A DNA stretch of 47,195 nt, taken from the sequence record DRR723986_4992. One strand, given 5' to 3'. The translations under genes and the position numbers were made by a program. Shown here in pieces: positions 9,298-18,230 of the stretch. A model generated the notes under the pieces. That model was not told the origin of the DNA. It searched no databases and worked only from the letters and a program-made list of their open reading frames with translations. Each line of letters opens with the position of its first letter. Position 1 is the stretch's first letter.

Positions 9298-10345
9298 GCC
9301 GGACAGCGTGCGCGTGGTCCACGCGCTGGCAGGCGCGCCGCAGGGCGGCGCCGAGAGCCTGTATACCCGGCTGGTCTGTGCCCTGCAGCCGTTCACCGAC
9401 CAGCAGCAAATCGCCTTCACCCGCGATCACCCGGCGCGCACCGGCCCCCTGCGAGAACATGGCGTGGCGGTACAGACCTTTCGCTTCGGCGGCCCCCTGG
9501 ACCTGCCGGATCGACTGCACTATCGCCGGGCGCTGCGCGCGGCGCGACCGGACGTGGTGCTGACCTACATGAACCGCGCCAGCGGTAACACGCCGCGCGG
9601 CGACTACACCCTGGCCTGCCGCCTGGGCCACTACTACGACCTGAAGTACTACCGGCATGCAGACCACTGGGTCGGCATCACCCGCGGCATCTGCGACCAC
9701 CTGGTGCGCGGCGGTATGCCCGCCGACCGGATAACGCGGATCGGCAACTTCGCCTCTGAAACCGAGGTCGAGGCACTGCCGCGCAGCTCCTTTGACACCC
9801 CGGCCAATGCGCCACTGATCCTGGCCGCGGGCAGGCTGCACCGCAACAAGGCCTTCGATACCCTGCTGCGAGCACTGGTGGACGTTCCCGATACCTGGCT
9901 GTGGCTGGCGGGCAATGGCCCGGAGGAAACTGCGCTGCGCAGCCTGGCCGACGAGCTGGGCGTCGCCGGGCGGGTTCGCTTCCTGGGCTGGCGCGATGAC
10001 GTGGCAGCCCTGATGCGCAGCGTCGACCTGTTTATCTGCCCATCACGCCACGAGGGCCTGGGCAGCATCGTGGTTGAAAGCTGGTTCAATGCCTGTCCGA
10101 TCATAGCAACACGCTCCCAGGGGCCGGGCGAACTGATCGAGCACGAACAGACCGGGCTGCTAACCCCGGTGGATGATGCCCCCGCGTTGGCCACGGCGGT
10201 GCGGGAGGCACTGGCCAACCCGAGCGCCATGAACGCCATGGCGGCGCGAGCGAAGGCGCACTACAGCGAGCATTGTTCGCGCGAGGTGATTGCCAGTCAG
10301 TACCACGACTTGTTCCGGCAACTCGCGACCGAGCGGCATCGATGA
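9287..10345 (+). CDS. Glycosyltransferase family 4
   Basis: GGAE, AGRLHRNKAFD, RFLGWRDD, PSRHEGLGSIVVE. Start reassigned to 9287, overlapping the upstream stop. Confidence 0.92.
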   Translation: MTSKPDSVRVVHALAGAPQGGAESLYTRLVCALQPFTDQQQIAFTRDHPARTGPLREHGVAVQTFRFGGPLDLPDRLHYRRALRAARPDVVLTYMNRASGNTPRGDYTLACRLGHYYDLKYYRHADHWVGITRGICDHLVRGGMPADRITRIGNFASETEVEALPRSSFDTPANAPLILAAGRLHRNKAFDTLLRALVDVPDTWLWLAGNGPEETALRSLADELGVAGRVRFLGWRDDVAALMRSVDLFICPSRHEGLGSIVVESWFNACPIIATRSQGPGELIEHEQTGLLTPVDDAPALATAVREALANPSAMNAMAARAKAHYSEHCSREVIASQYHDLFRQLATERHR

Positions 10346-11043
10346 GCCAGGGCGGACAGCTCGTACTGGGCGGCGAGGCAGAGGCTTTCGCCCGCGGCGG
10401 CAACCGGCTTATCTTCGTCGATCCCCGCGATCGCAACCGCTGTATCAAGGTCTTGCGAGCCGATCGCTCACCCGCCATCAAACGCCGGGAAAGAGTGTTC
10501 CCCAAGAATCTCAAACCCTTGTCGAGCTTTGACGACAACCTGCAGGAGCTGCGGGTTTACGCACATATCCATCGCGCAGTTGGTGAGCCAGCCCTGAGCC
10601 TGATTCCCCGTTGCCACGGCATGATTGACACGGACCTGGGCCCGGGCCTGTGCTGCGACCTGGTTCGCGACGACGATGGCCGGATCGCGCAAACACTCAA
10701 ACAGTACCTGTGGCAAAACGGGCGTACCGCAGAACTGGAACCGGTACTGGCGGCGTTCAGCCAGCGCTGGGGGGAGCTGGGCATGCCGTCACGCAATCTG
10801 CTGCTACACAATATGGTATTGCTGTGCGCCGGCGGGAAACCGGATCGCCTCATGGTAATCGATGGCCTGGGGTGGCCGGACCTGGTGCCGCTCGCCTACT
10901 ACTGGCCGACGCTGGCGCGCTGGAAAGCCAAACGCAAACTGCAGACCCTGGAGCAGGCGATCACGCAGATGCTGGTGCGTCAGGCTGAGACAGGTGAATT
11001 TGGTTATCACGGCTGGCTTGAAGACAGTAAGCGTGGAATGTAA
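10342..11043 (+). CDS. YrbL-family (kinase-like fold) protein
   Basis: FARGGNRLIFVDP...RCIKV, IPRCHGMIDTDLGPGL, VIDGLG. ATGA overlap with the upstream gene. Confidence 0.8.
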   Translation: MSQGGQLVLGGEAEAFARGGNRLIFVDPRDRNRCIKVLRADRSPAIKRRERVFPKNLKPLSSFDDNLQELRVYAHIHRAVGEPALSLIPRCHGMIDTDLGPGLCCDLVRDDDGRIAQTLKQYLWQNGRTAELEPVLAAFSQRWGELGMPSRNLLLHNMVLLCAGGKPDRLMVIDGLGWPDLVPLAYYWPTLARWKAKRKLQTLEQAITQMLVRQAETGEFGYHGWLEDSKRGM

Positions 11044-12305
11044 TGGTCGATAACACCCAGCGATCACCCGCCGCCAGTCTCGACCGCCTGCGCTCACGGT
11101 TTCCCGGTATCGAATCCACCTGTGCCAGCCTCGCCGCGGTCGGCTTGCTGGCCATGAGCTGCGGCTTCTTCCTGCTCAGGGATTACGGCGACATCGCCCG
11201 AATTTTCTACCTGCTGGTCCTGCTACCGGTACTGGTGATGCTGCCCTGGCGACCGCTCGGCCCGCAGCTGGCACAGTGGCGTTACTGGGCGCTGTTTCTC
11301 GGCGCCCCCGTGCTGCTCGCACTGTCGGCACTGTGGACGGAACCGAACCAGCTGGCCGAGGGTCGCTCGCTGTTCTACTTCCAGAAGCCGCTTTTGTTCC
11401 TGCTTGCCCTGCTGCTGGGGTGCCAGGCGGCGCTGGCACGCTGGCCGCAGTTGCCGGATGTGTTGAGCAGGGCGATCACCCTGGTGGCCATTCCCAGTGC
11501 CATCATCTCACTGGCCCTGTACCTGCCCGATGCCCTGGCCACCGGCACCTGGGAGCGGATGGCGGGCTTTTCCATGCGCGGTGATATCAACGTCACCGCC
11601 ACCCTGTTCGGGGTCAATGCCCTGCTCTGCGCCTACGGCCTGTTGCACTGGAACCGGCGCTGGCGCTATCCACTGCTGGCCAGTCTGCTGGGGTCGATCC
11701 TGGTGAGCCTGTTTTCCCAGAGCAAGGTGCCGCTGCTGTGCAGCGCGGTGGCGCTTGGCTGGCTGACATTGATCGCCTGGCGACACCAGTCGCTGGCCCT
11801 GCGATTCTGGTTCCTGCTGGTGCCACTGGTACTGTTGCTGGCCTACTTCCTGTATTTCGGGCGGATTCCCCTGCTGCATCGCGCAGCGGGTTACACGATC
11901 AGGCTTGAGCTGTGGTCGCAGGCACTGGACCAGTACCTGCAGCATCCCTGGCTGGGGCACGGGCTGGGCACCCGGCTGCTGCTGTGCTGCTTCAATGGCG
12001 AGATCACCAACATGCATGCCCACAACCTGGTGCTGGATACGCTGCGCTTCGCCGGCATCTTCACCGCCGGCCTGCTGCTCTGGCAGATGCTGTTTATTGC
12101 CAACTGTGGCCGCAGGCTGCTGCAACATGATCGCGCGATGGCGCCCATTCTTATCTGGTGGCTGGCGGGCACTTTCTTCCTGCTGACCAACGGGCAGCAG
12201 CCGCTGGTAAAGCCACACCACATCTGGTTTTTCTACTGGATTCCCGGCTGTCTGCTTATCGCCAGGGCCATGCTCCACGACGCGGCCAGGCGACCGATCC
12301 CCTAG
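11043..12305 (+). CDS. O-antigen ligase (WaaL/Wzy_C) family membrane protein
   Basis: Multiple TM helices; SQSK, R.ELW...HPWLGHGLG and HAHN motifs. Confidence 0.82.
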   Translation: MVDNTQRSPAASLDRLRSRFPGIESTCASLAAVGLLAMSCGFFLLRDYGDIARIFYLLVLLPVLVMLPWRPLGPQLAQWRYWALFLGAPVLLALSALWTEPNQLAEGRSLFYFQKPLLFLLALLLGCQAALARWPQLPDVLSRAITLVAIPSAIISLALYLPDALATGTWERMAGFSMRGDINVTATLFGVNALLCAYGLLHWNRRWRYPLLASLLGSILVSLFSQSKVPLLCSAVALGWLTLIAWRHQSLALRFWFLLVPLVLLLAYFLYFGRIPLLHRAAGYTIRLELWSQALDQYLQHPWLGHGLGTRLLLCCFNGEITNMHAHNLVLDTLRFAGIFTAGLLLWQMLFIANCGRRLLQHDRAMAPILIWWLAGTFFLLTNGQQPLVKPHHIWFFYWIPGCLLIARAMLHDAARRPIP

Positions 12306-13264
12306 TAGCCGTCGACGGTACGGTAGGGCTCCAGCCTGATCCGGAAAATCCCGAGGCTGCAGCCAAGGCTGCGCCAGCAGCGCAGCCATGCGCGCACCCG
12401 GCGCTCACGCTGCAACAACAGCGCAAACACCAGGGCCTGCAAGCCTGAGCCCGCCGCCTTGAGCAGGTAGGCAAGCGAGCGCAGCAGGCTGCGCGGCTTG
12501 TCGGCCACCATCCCGCTGCCGAGCAACAGGCCCACGCGGAACTTGCGTCGGGACAACCAGCGAACATTGCAGCGTGAATCGGGGATGGTTTCGTTGACCA
12601 CGGCTTCGCGACAGTAGCGTATCGGCGTACCGAGACTTCGCAGGGTCGCGAAGAATACCGTGTCCTCACCGCCCGAATAGGCCAGCGCGGGCTCGAACTG
12701 CAGCCCATTGTCGACCACCGGTGCCAGGGGAATGAGCGTGTTATTGCAAGCGCAGTGTTTCAGCAACTCGCCAGTGCTACGGACCTTGCGCTGGAAGAAG
12801 GGGTGCAGGTGTGCCGGGGCATCCTGCGGGTAGCGCGCCATGACGCAACCTTGCACCACTGCGTCCCACTCCAGACTGCGAGCGTAGTCGGCGACCTGTC
12901 GCAGCCAGTCCGGCTCAACATCCTCGTCGTCATCGATGAACAGCAGCTGGTCGAAACCCTCATCCACGGCAAAGGCCAGCGCCCGATTGCGGGCATGCGG
13001 TATCCCGATCTTCGACTCCAGAAGAAAGGTGACCTCGAAGGGCAAATCGGGGGCAGCCTCCCGAACGATCGCTTCACTGCGCGCAGTTTCATCGTTCTCT
13101 ACTACACACAGCCTCAGGTCGAGGCCAGCGACCGGTTCCAGCGCAGCCAGGCTGCCCAGCAAGCGGGACAACATACCCGGGCGCTGCCGCGTGCAGACGG
13201 CGATCAGGATTTTGCGTACCTCCTTGGAGACGCTGGCGGCTGGGGTTTCGGCGTGTTCGGTCAC
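12302..13264 (-). CDS. Glycosyltransferase family 2
   Basis: IAVCTRQRP, VVEND, GIPHARN, FIDDDE (DxD), GGEDT. Confidence 0.9.
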   Translation of the reverse strand: MTEHAETPAASVSKEVRKILIAVCTRQRPGMLSRLLGSLAALEPVAGLDLRLCVVENDETARSEAIVREAAPDLPFEVTFLLESKIGIPHARNRALAFAVDEGFDQLLFIDDDEDVEPDWLRQVADYARSLEWDAVVQGCVMARYPQDAPAHLHPFFQRKVRSTGELLKHCACNNTLIPLAPVVDNGLQFEPALAYSGGEDTVFFATLRSLGTPIRYCREAVVNETIPDSRCNVRWLSRRKFRVGLLLGSGMVADKPRSLLRSLAYLLKAAGSGLQALVFALLLQRERRVRAWLRCWRSLGCSLGIFRIRLEPYRTVDGY

Positions 13265-13290
13265 AGAGAGAGGCCAGATAGCGAACCGGC

Positions 13291-13299
13291 ATTATAACA
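13291..13299 (-). promoter_or_regulatory. Extended -10 promoter for the GT2 gene
   Basis: TGTTATAAT (TGn-TATAAT consensus) on the minus strand, 26 nt upstream of the GTG at 13264. Confidence 0.6.
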
Positions 13300-13357
13300 G
13301 CCGAATGTCGCTTGTCTTTAGCCGCCGCGACACAGCCTCGGGCAGGCAGGTGCCCGC

Positions 13358-14218
13358 CTAAAGAGTGGCCAGGAAGGTATCTATCGAGGTCCGGGCAAGC
13401 GGTTCATCGAGAGTTGGCGCATGCCCCCTGGACGGCACTTCCGCCACCTGCAGGTCGGGGTCGAGTGCCTGCATCCGCTGGACGCAGGCGGGGGAGAGAA
13501 TATCCGAGGTCTCGCCGCGAAGCACCAGCATCGGGATGGCGCTGATCGCTTCAAACACCGGCCACAGGTCCGGGGGTACGGCCGCAGATTCGCTGGCAGC
13601 GATAGGCTGGGCAATCGCCGGGTCATAGGCCAGCACCGGCACGCCGTCTACCTCGCGGTACAAAGCCCGGGTAAATGCCTCCCACTGCTGGTCACTGAAA
13701 TCGGGAAACGCGCTGCCGTTGATCTCCCTGGCCTGCGCCACGGCTTCCTGCCAGCTGCTTACCGGGCCTGACTTGCCCACATAGGACTGGATTCTGGCCA
13801 GGCCCGCTGGATCGATTTCCGGGCCGATGTCGTTTATCACCATGCCGGCGATACGCTGTCCCTGCATCGCGGCCATCAGGAAAGACATCAGGCCACCCAT
13901 CGACGTGCCCACCAGTAACACGCGGTCGATTCCCTGCGCGTCCAGCAAGGTAAACATATCCTGCACATATACGGCGGGGGTGTAATTACTGCTCACCGGA
14001 TCATAGTCCGAACGACCGCGACCGCGCTGGTCAACACAGAGCACCCGACGATCCGTGGCCAGATGCTCTGCCAGTCCGGCAAAATCCGCCGAGTTACGGG
14101 TCAAGCCGTGCATGCACAGGGCCGGCGGCAGTTGCGAAGCTTCGGGGCCCGGGTAATCCCTGGCGTAAAGGCGCAGGCCGTCCTGACTCTGGTACCAGAG
14201 ATCCCGAAACTCAGTCAT
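13358..14218 (-). CDS. Alpha/beta hydrolase (cytoplasmic esterase/amidase-like)
   Basis: HGLTRN oxyanion region, GTSMGG nucleophile elbow, C-terminal GHAP His. Start reassigned to 14218. No signal peptide. Confidence 0.9.
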   Translation of the reverse strand: MTEFRDLWYQSQDGLRLYARDYPGPEASQLPPALCMHGLTRNSADFAGLAEHLATDRRVLCVDQRGRGRSDYDPVSSNYTPAVYVQDMFTLLDAQGIDRVLLVGTSMGGLMSFLMAAMQGQRIAGMVINDIGPEIDPAGLARIQSYVGKSGPVSSWQEAVAQAREINGSAFPDFSDQQWEAFTRALYREVDGVPVLAYDPAIAQPIAASESAAVPPDLWPVFEAISAIPMLVLRGETSDILSPACVQRMQALDPDLQVAEVPSRGHAPTLDEPLARTSIDTFLATL

Positions 14219-15767
14219 AGCCCTGCTCTCCATAGATCGTGCGCAGTTCCCGCTTGAGAATCTTGCCATTCGGATTGCGCGGCAACTCATTAATGGCCAG
14301 CACGGCGGCCAGTCGCTGCTGCCGCCCGAGCCTGGCGTTGGCCCAGTCAAGAATTGCCCTGCAGTCTGCGCCGGCTTCGCGCAATACCACGAGGGCAACC
14401 GGGGTCTCGCCCCAGCGCTCGCTGGCCGCGCCAATCACCGCTACATCATCGACATCCGGGTGCTCAACCAACACCGCTTCGATATCCTGCGGGTAGATAT
14501 TCTGGCCGCCGGAAAGAATCATATCCTTCTTGCGATCGACGATGAACAGGAAGCCCTGATCATCAAGGTAGCCGATATCCCCGGACCGCAGCCACTGGGC
14601 GCCTGCGGCGTCGATGAACTCCGCCTCGCGGTTGGCGTCATCGCGCTGCCAGTAGCCGGGCATAGTGATCCGCCCGCGGGACACCACTTCGCCACTTTCA
14701 TTGGCCGCCAGCACGCTGTCGTCATCACCAACGATGCAGATATCGGTCCCGATCAGCGGCTTGCCCACCGAACTCCAGCGCCCATCGGCATCTTCCGGGT
14801 CCAGGGTGGTGATAATCCCTTCAGTCAAACCGTAGAGCTCGATCACCCCGCAGTTGAAGGTAGAGAAAATGTCGCGCTTAAGGCCCTCGTGCAGCGGTGA
14901 GCCACAGCTCATCATGCCCTGCATGCTGGCCACCGCCCGGGGCCGGGCATGCTGCGCCTCGACCACCCGCTGGAACTGGATGGGCACCATTGCAGTATGG
15001 GTAATCCCCTGCGCGGCAACTGCATCGAGGAATTGATCGGCGTCGAAGCGCCGGTGGACTACCATGGTGCCGCCCGCCAGCAAGGTGCACAGCATGGCGA
15101 CCCAGGAGATATTCGAATACAGGCCGATCGTGAGCAGGGTTCGACAGGCGCCGTGGTAGCGCAGGGCAATCGCCAGATCGTAGGCCCAGTCACGCCGACC
15201 CCGGTGACTGTGCAGGATACCCTTGGGCAGCCCCGTGGTGCCCGAGCTGTAGATGATGTTGAGCGGCGAATCATCATTGATCTGTTGCGGAGGCAGCGAC
15301 TCGGGCATGCCCCGCTCCAGCTCGGCCATGGCCAACCAGCCGTCACCACCGGAACCGTCGGTCAGGGTCAGGCTTAGCTCGGGCGGCAGCCTGTCACGCA
15401 ACGCCTCCAGCCTGGGCTGCTGGTCCTCAGTCACCACCAGTGCCCGGATTCCCGCATCGGCGAGCATGGTGACCAGCGCGTCGTCATTGACCGAGAGATT
15501 GATCGGCACCGTGGCAGCGCCGGCGGCCATGGCGCCGAACAGGGCTTGCACCATCGGCAAACCATTGGACATAACGATTCCCACCCGGTCCCCGGCCCCG
15601 ATGCCATGCGCGAGCAGGCCATGGGCAAAGCGGTGGTTGGCGGCAGTGAAACTCGCCCAGCTCAAGCGCTGGTCGTCGCAGAGCACGGCATCTTTGCTGG
15701 CGCGCCACTTGCCGTGCAGGGCCAGGATTTCAGGCAGCAGGGGTGCTGGCGAGGAAAATCCGTTCAC
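14211..15767 (-). CDS. Acyl-CoA synthetase / AMP-forming acid ligase (ANL superfamily)
   Basis: IIYSSGTTGLPKG, ELYGLTE, SGDIGY, DRKKDMILSGGQNIYP, PRNPNGKILK. Confidence 0.93.
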   Translation of the reverse strand: MNGFSSPAPLLPEILALHGKWRASKDAVLCDDQRLSWASFTAANHRFAHGLLAHGIGAGDRVGIVMSNGLPMVQALFGAMAAGAATVPINLSVNDDALVTMLADAGIRALVVTEDQQPRLEALRDRLPPELSLTLTDGSGGDGWLAMAELERGMPESLPPQQINDDSPLNIIYSSGTTGLPKGILHSHRGRRDWAYDLAIALRYHGACRTLLTIGLYSNISWVAMLCTLLAGGTMVVHRRFDADQFLDAVAAQGITHTAMVPIQFQRVVEAQHARPRAVASMQGMMSCGSPLHEGLKRDIFSTFNCGVIELYGLTEGIITTLDPEDADGRWSSVGKPLIGTDICIVGDDDSVLAANESGEVVSRGRITMPGYWQRDDANREAEFIDAAGAQWLRSGDIGYLDDQGFLFIVDRKKDMILSGGQNIYPQDIEAVLVEHPDVDDVAVIGAASERWGETPVALVVLREAGADCRAILDWANARLGRQQRLAAVLAINELPRNPNGKILKRELRTIYGEQGYD

Positions 15768-15791
15768 CGGTCAGGCTCCTGTGGAAAGGAA

Positions 15792-15819
15792 TAAAAAGGG
15801 GCCGGCGGAACACCGGCCC
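15792..15819 (-). terminator. Intrinsic terminator between the receptor and the acyl-CoA ligase
   Basis: Minus strand GGGCCGGTG-TTC-CGCCGGCCC followed by CTTTTTAT. Confidence 0.65.
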
Positions 15820-15836
15820 AAGCGTGCCGCTCGTCC

Positions 15837-18125
15837 CTAGAAGCGGTACTCGACAGTCGCCGTTACCGTCAGCGGCGGGCCGTAGAACAAGGTGGTATTG
15901 TCTTCCAAGCCCAGCGCGCTCGGGCAGCCCCCGGTCGTGCCGAAGCAGTAGGCAGCCGTCTTCACTTCCTCATCGCTCAGGTTCTTGCCGTGCAGGCCCA
16001 CCATCCAGTGATCACTCTCGCTGATCCAGACGGCGCTGGCGTTGAAGGTGGAGTAGGACTCCTGGTCAATAGCCTTGAGCGGCGTCTCAAACTGGCTGGT
16101 GTCACCCTTGTAGTACCAGGAGAGATTCAGCGCGATGTCACCGGCAAACAAACCGGTGTTGTAGTTCAGGCCAACAAAGGCCATCTCTTCCGGTGTGTTC
16201 TGGATCACCACATCATCGGCGATGTCCTGATCAGCAACAATGTACTCCTTGATGTCCGTCTCCAGCAGGCTGAGGGCGAACTGGACCGAGAAGCGCTGGG
16301 TCAGCATGAAATTGCCTTCCACTTCCAGACCGTAGATCTCAGCTTCGCCGGCATTGGTGAGGGTACCGACAAAGTCGTCGTTAACGCCGTCACCATCGGT
16401 ATCAATACCCTGGGAGCCCGGCACCTGCAGGTCCTGGTAGTCGCTGTAGAACGCGGCGACGTTGGTCAGCGCCCGCCCATCCATCCAGATCGATTTCAGG
16501 CCGACCTCGAATGAATCAAGCTCTTCCGGCTCGACGCCGTCCTCGACAAAATCGAACACGAAGTTGGCACCGCGCGGATCGAAGGTACCGGCTTTCCAGC
16601 CCTGGCTATAGCCTGCATAGACCGTAACATCATCGTTCAGCAGGTAGCTGAGGTTAACCCTCGGGGAAAAGTCGTAGAAGGTTTTTTCGGCCTGATAGTC
16701 ACTGGTAGCCCCCAGGAAAATTGCCGACTCATTGCCAAAGGCCGGCGAGCCGGAGCCAAGGTAGCTGGCGCGGAATACATCTGCCTCGCGCTTGTCCTCG
16801 GTGTAGCGACCGCCCACCGCGAGTGACAGCCGGTCCGTCAGGTTGTAGGTCAGGTCGGCAAAAATCGAGTATGCCTCGGTCTTGGTACTGCCCCCGGTAT
16901 AGGCCGTAAGCGGCCCGCCAAAGGCGACCCGACCCAGCTGGCCGAGTACCACGTCAAAGTCATTGGACGCTTCCGCATCGAGATAATACACACCGGAGAC
17001 CAGGTGGAATTTCTCCGTGTCATACAGCAGCTGGAATTCCTGGCTGAACTGCTCGTTCTCATACACTACCGGTGCGTCGAAGTCGTCCACGGCCAGGCTG
17101 TCGAAATCGATGACGCTTTCGGTGTAGTCCTCGCGGTCAGCGGTGATCGAGCGCAGGGTAATGGTATCGCTCAGGCTCCAGTCGATGGAGAGCATCATCC
17201 CGTCGCCCTCCAGCTCGTTACGGCCGCCAATCAAGCGGGTTGACGCATTTTCCGTCGCACCTGCCAGGGTATCGCGAACATCACCCAGCACCGGGTCGCC
17301 GGAAATTGCGCCTGGGGCGATGCGATAACCTGCCACCGCGTTTGAATCATCCTGGATATCATCGTAGGCGAAACGGACCAGGATATTCTCCGTGGGCTGG
17401 AATTCAGCGCTCACGCGGTAAGCGAACAGGTCCTTGTTGTAGTTGTCATCACCCGTGGTCTTGTTGTCACCGTAACCGTCGCGCTGCAGGTACGCCACTG
17501 TGGCACCCACCCGGAACATGTCACCTATCGGTGTTGCCGCGGTTCCAATGAAGTCAGTCTGGTTGTAAGTACCCACATTGGCACGCAAGCGCAGCTCCGG
17601 CTCGTCGGCAAGACGACGGGTGACGTACTTGATGGCACCGCCGATCGCGTTGCGCCCGTAGAGCGTCCCCTGCGGTCCACGCAGCACCTCGATGCGTTCG
17701 ACGTCGTAGATATCCAGCAGCGCGCCCTGTGGCCGCGCCAGGTAAACGTCATCCAGGTAGAGGGCAATGCCCTGCTCGAAACCGGCCAGCGGGTCCTGCT
17801 GACCAACGCCGCGGATGAACGCCGACAGGGTGGTGTTGGTCGCGCGGGTAGGCTCGATAGTGACGCTGGGCACTTCCTGCGCCAGCTGACTGATATCCGA
17901 CGAGCCGCGCAGGTCCAGCGCAGCGCCAGTCAGCGCGGTCACCGCAATTGGCACATCCTGCAGGTTTTCTGCGCGGCGGCGAGCGGTGACAACCACCTCT
18001 TCCAGGGCGAAGCTTTCTTCCTGGGCCTGCACTGAGACTGCGGGAGCGGTAAGCGCCGACGCCATAGCGACAGCGGCAATAATCGGTTTACGGACGGGTG
18101 TGCTGTTCATAGGAGAATCCCTCAT
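15837..18125 (-). CDS. TonB-dependent receptor
   Basis: Signal peptide (VQA|QE), TonB box LEEVVVTARRR, plug IEVLRGPQGTLYGRNAIGGAI, C-terminal EYRF. Start 18125 or 18110. Confidence 0.95.
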   Translation of the reverse strand: MRDSPMNSTPVRKPIIAAVAMASALTAPAVSVQAQEESFALEEVVVTARRRAENLQDVPIAVTALTGAALDLRGSSDISQLAQEVPSVTIEPTRATNTTLSAFIRGVGQQDPLAGFEQGIALYLDDVYLARPQGALLDIYDVERIEVLRGPQGTLYGRNAIGGAIKYVTRRLADEPELRLRANVGTYNQTDFIGTAATPIGDMFRVGATVAYLQRDGYGDNKTTGDDNYNKDLFAYRVSAEFQPTENILVRFAYDDIQDDSNAVAGYRIAPGAISGDPVLGDVRDTLAGATENASTRLIGGRNELEGDGMMLSIDWSLSDTITLRSITADREDYTESVIDFDSLAVDDFDAPVVYENEQFSQEFQLLYDTEKFHLVSGVYYLDAEASNDFDVVLGQLGRVAFGGPLTAYTGGSTKTEAYSIFADLTYNLTDRLSLAVGGRYTEDKREADVFRASYLGSGSPAFGNESAIFLGATSDYQAEKTFYDFSPRVNLSYLLNDDVTVYAGYSQGWKAGTFDPRGANFVFDFVEDGVEPEELDSFEVGLKSIWMDGRALTNVAAFYSDYQDLQVPGSQGIDTDGDGVNDDFVGTLTNAGEAEIYGLEVEGNFMLTQRFSVQFALSLLETDIKEYIVADQDIADDVVIQNTPEEMAFVGLNYNTGLFAGDIALNLSWYYKGDTSQFETPLKAIDQESYSTFNASAVWISESDHWMVGLHGKNLSDEEVKTAAYCFGTTGGCPSALGLEDNTTLFYGPPLTVTATVEYRF

Positions 18126-18170
18126 GCCTTGATTTATTGGCGTTATTGGCTGTCGCTTTGCGGAGCAACT

Positions 18171-18186
18171 TTCAACAATTGTTGAA
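18171..18186. promoter_or_regulatory. Operator A, TTCAAC-AATT-GTTGAA (perfect palindrome)
   Basis: 16-bp palindrome just downstream of the predicted receptor -10; same core as the sites at 18200 and 19719. Confidence 0.8.
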
Positions 18187-18193
18187 TAATTAA

Positions 18194-18222
18194 AGATTAT
18201 TCAACGGATGTTGAATTGTCAA
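18194..18222 (-). promoter_or_regulatory. Sigma70 promoter of the receptor with operator B in the spacer
   Basis: Minus strand TTGACA (18222-18217), 17 bp, TAATCT (18199-18194). The spacer contains TTCAAC-N4-GTTGAA (18200-18215). Confidence 0.8.
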
Positions 18223-18230
18223 GAGGTCAT

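Noticed and set aside
18171-18220. Tandem palindromes read as a mini-CRISPR or IS end
   Set aside because: Only two short copies with a 13-bp gap and no cas or transposase genes; better explained as operators.
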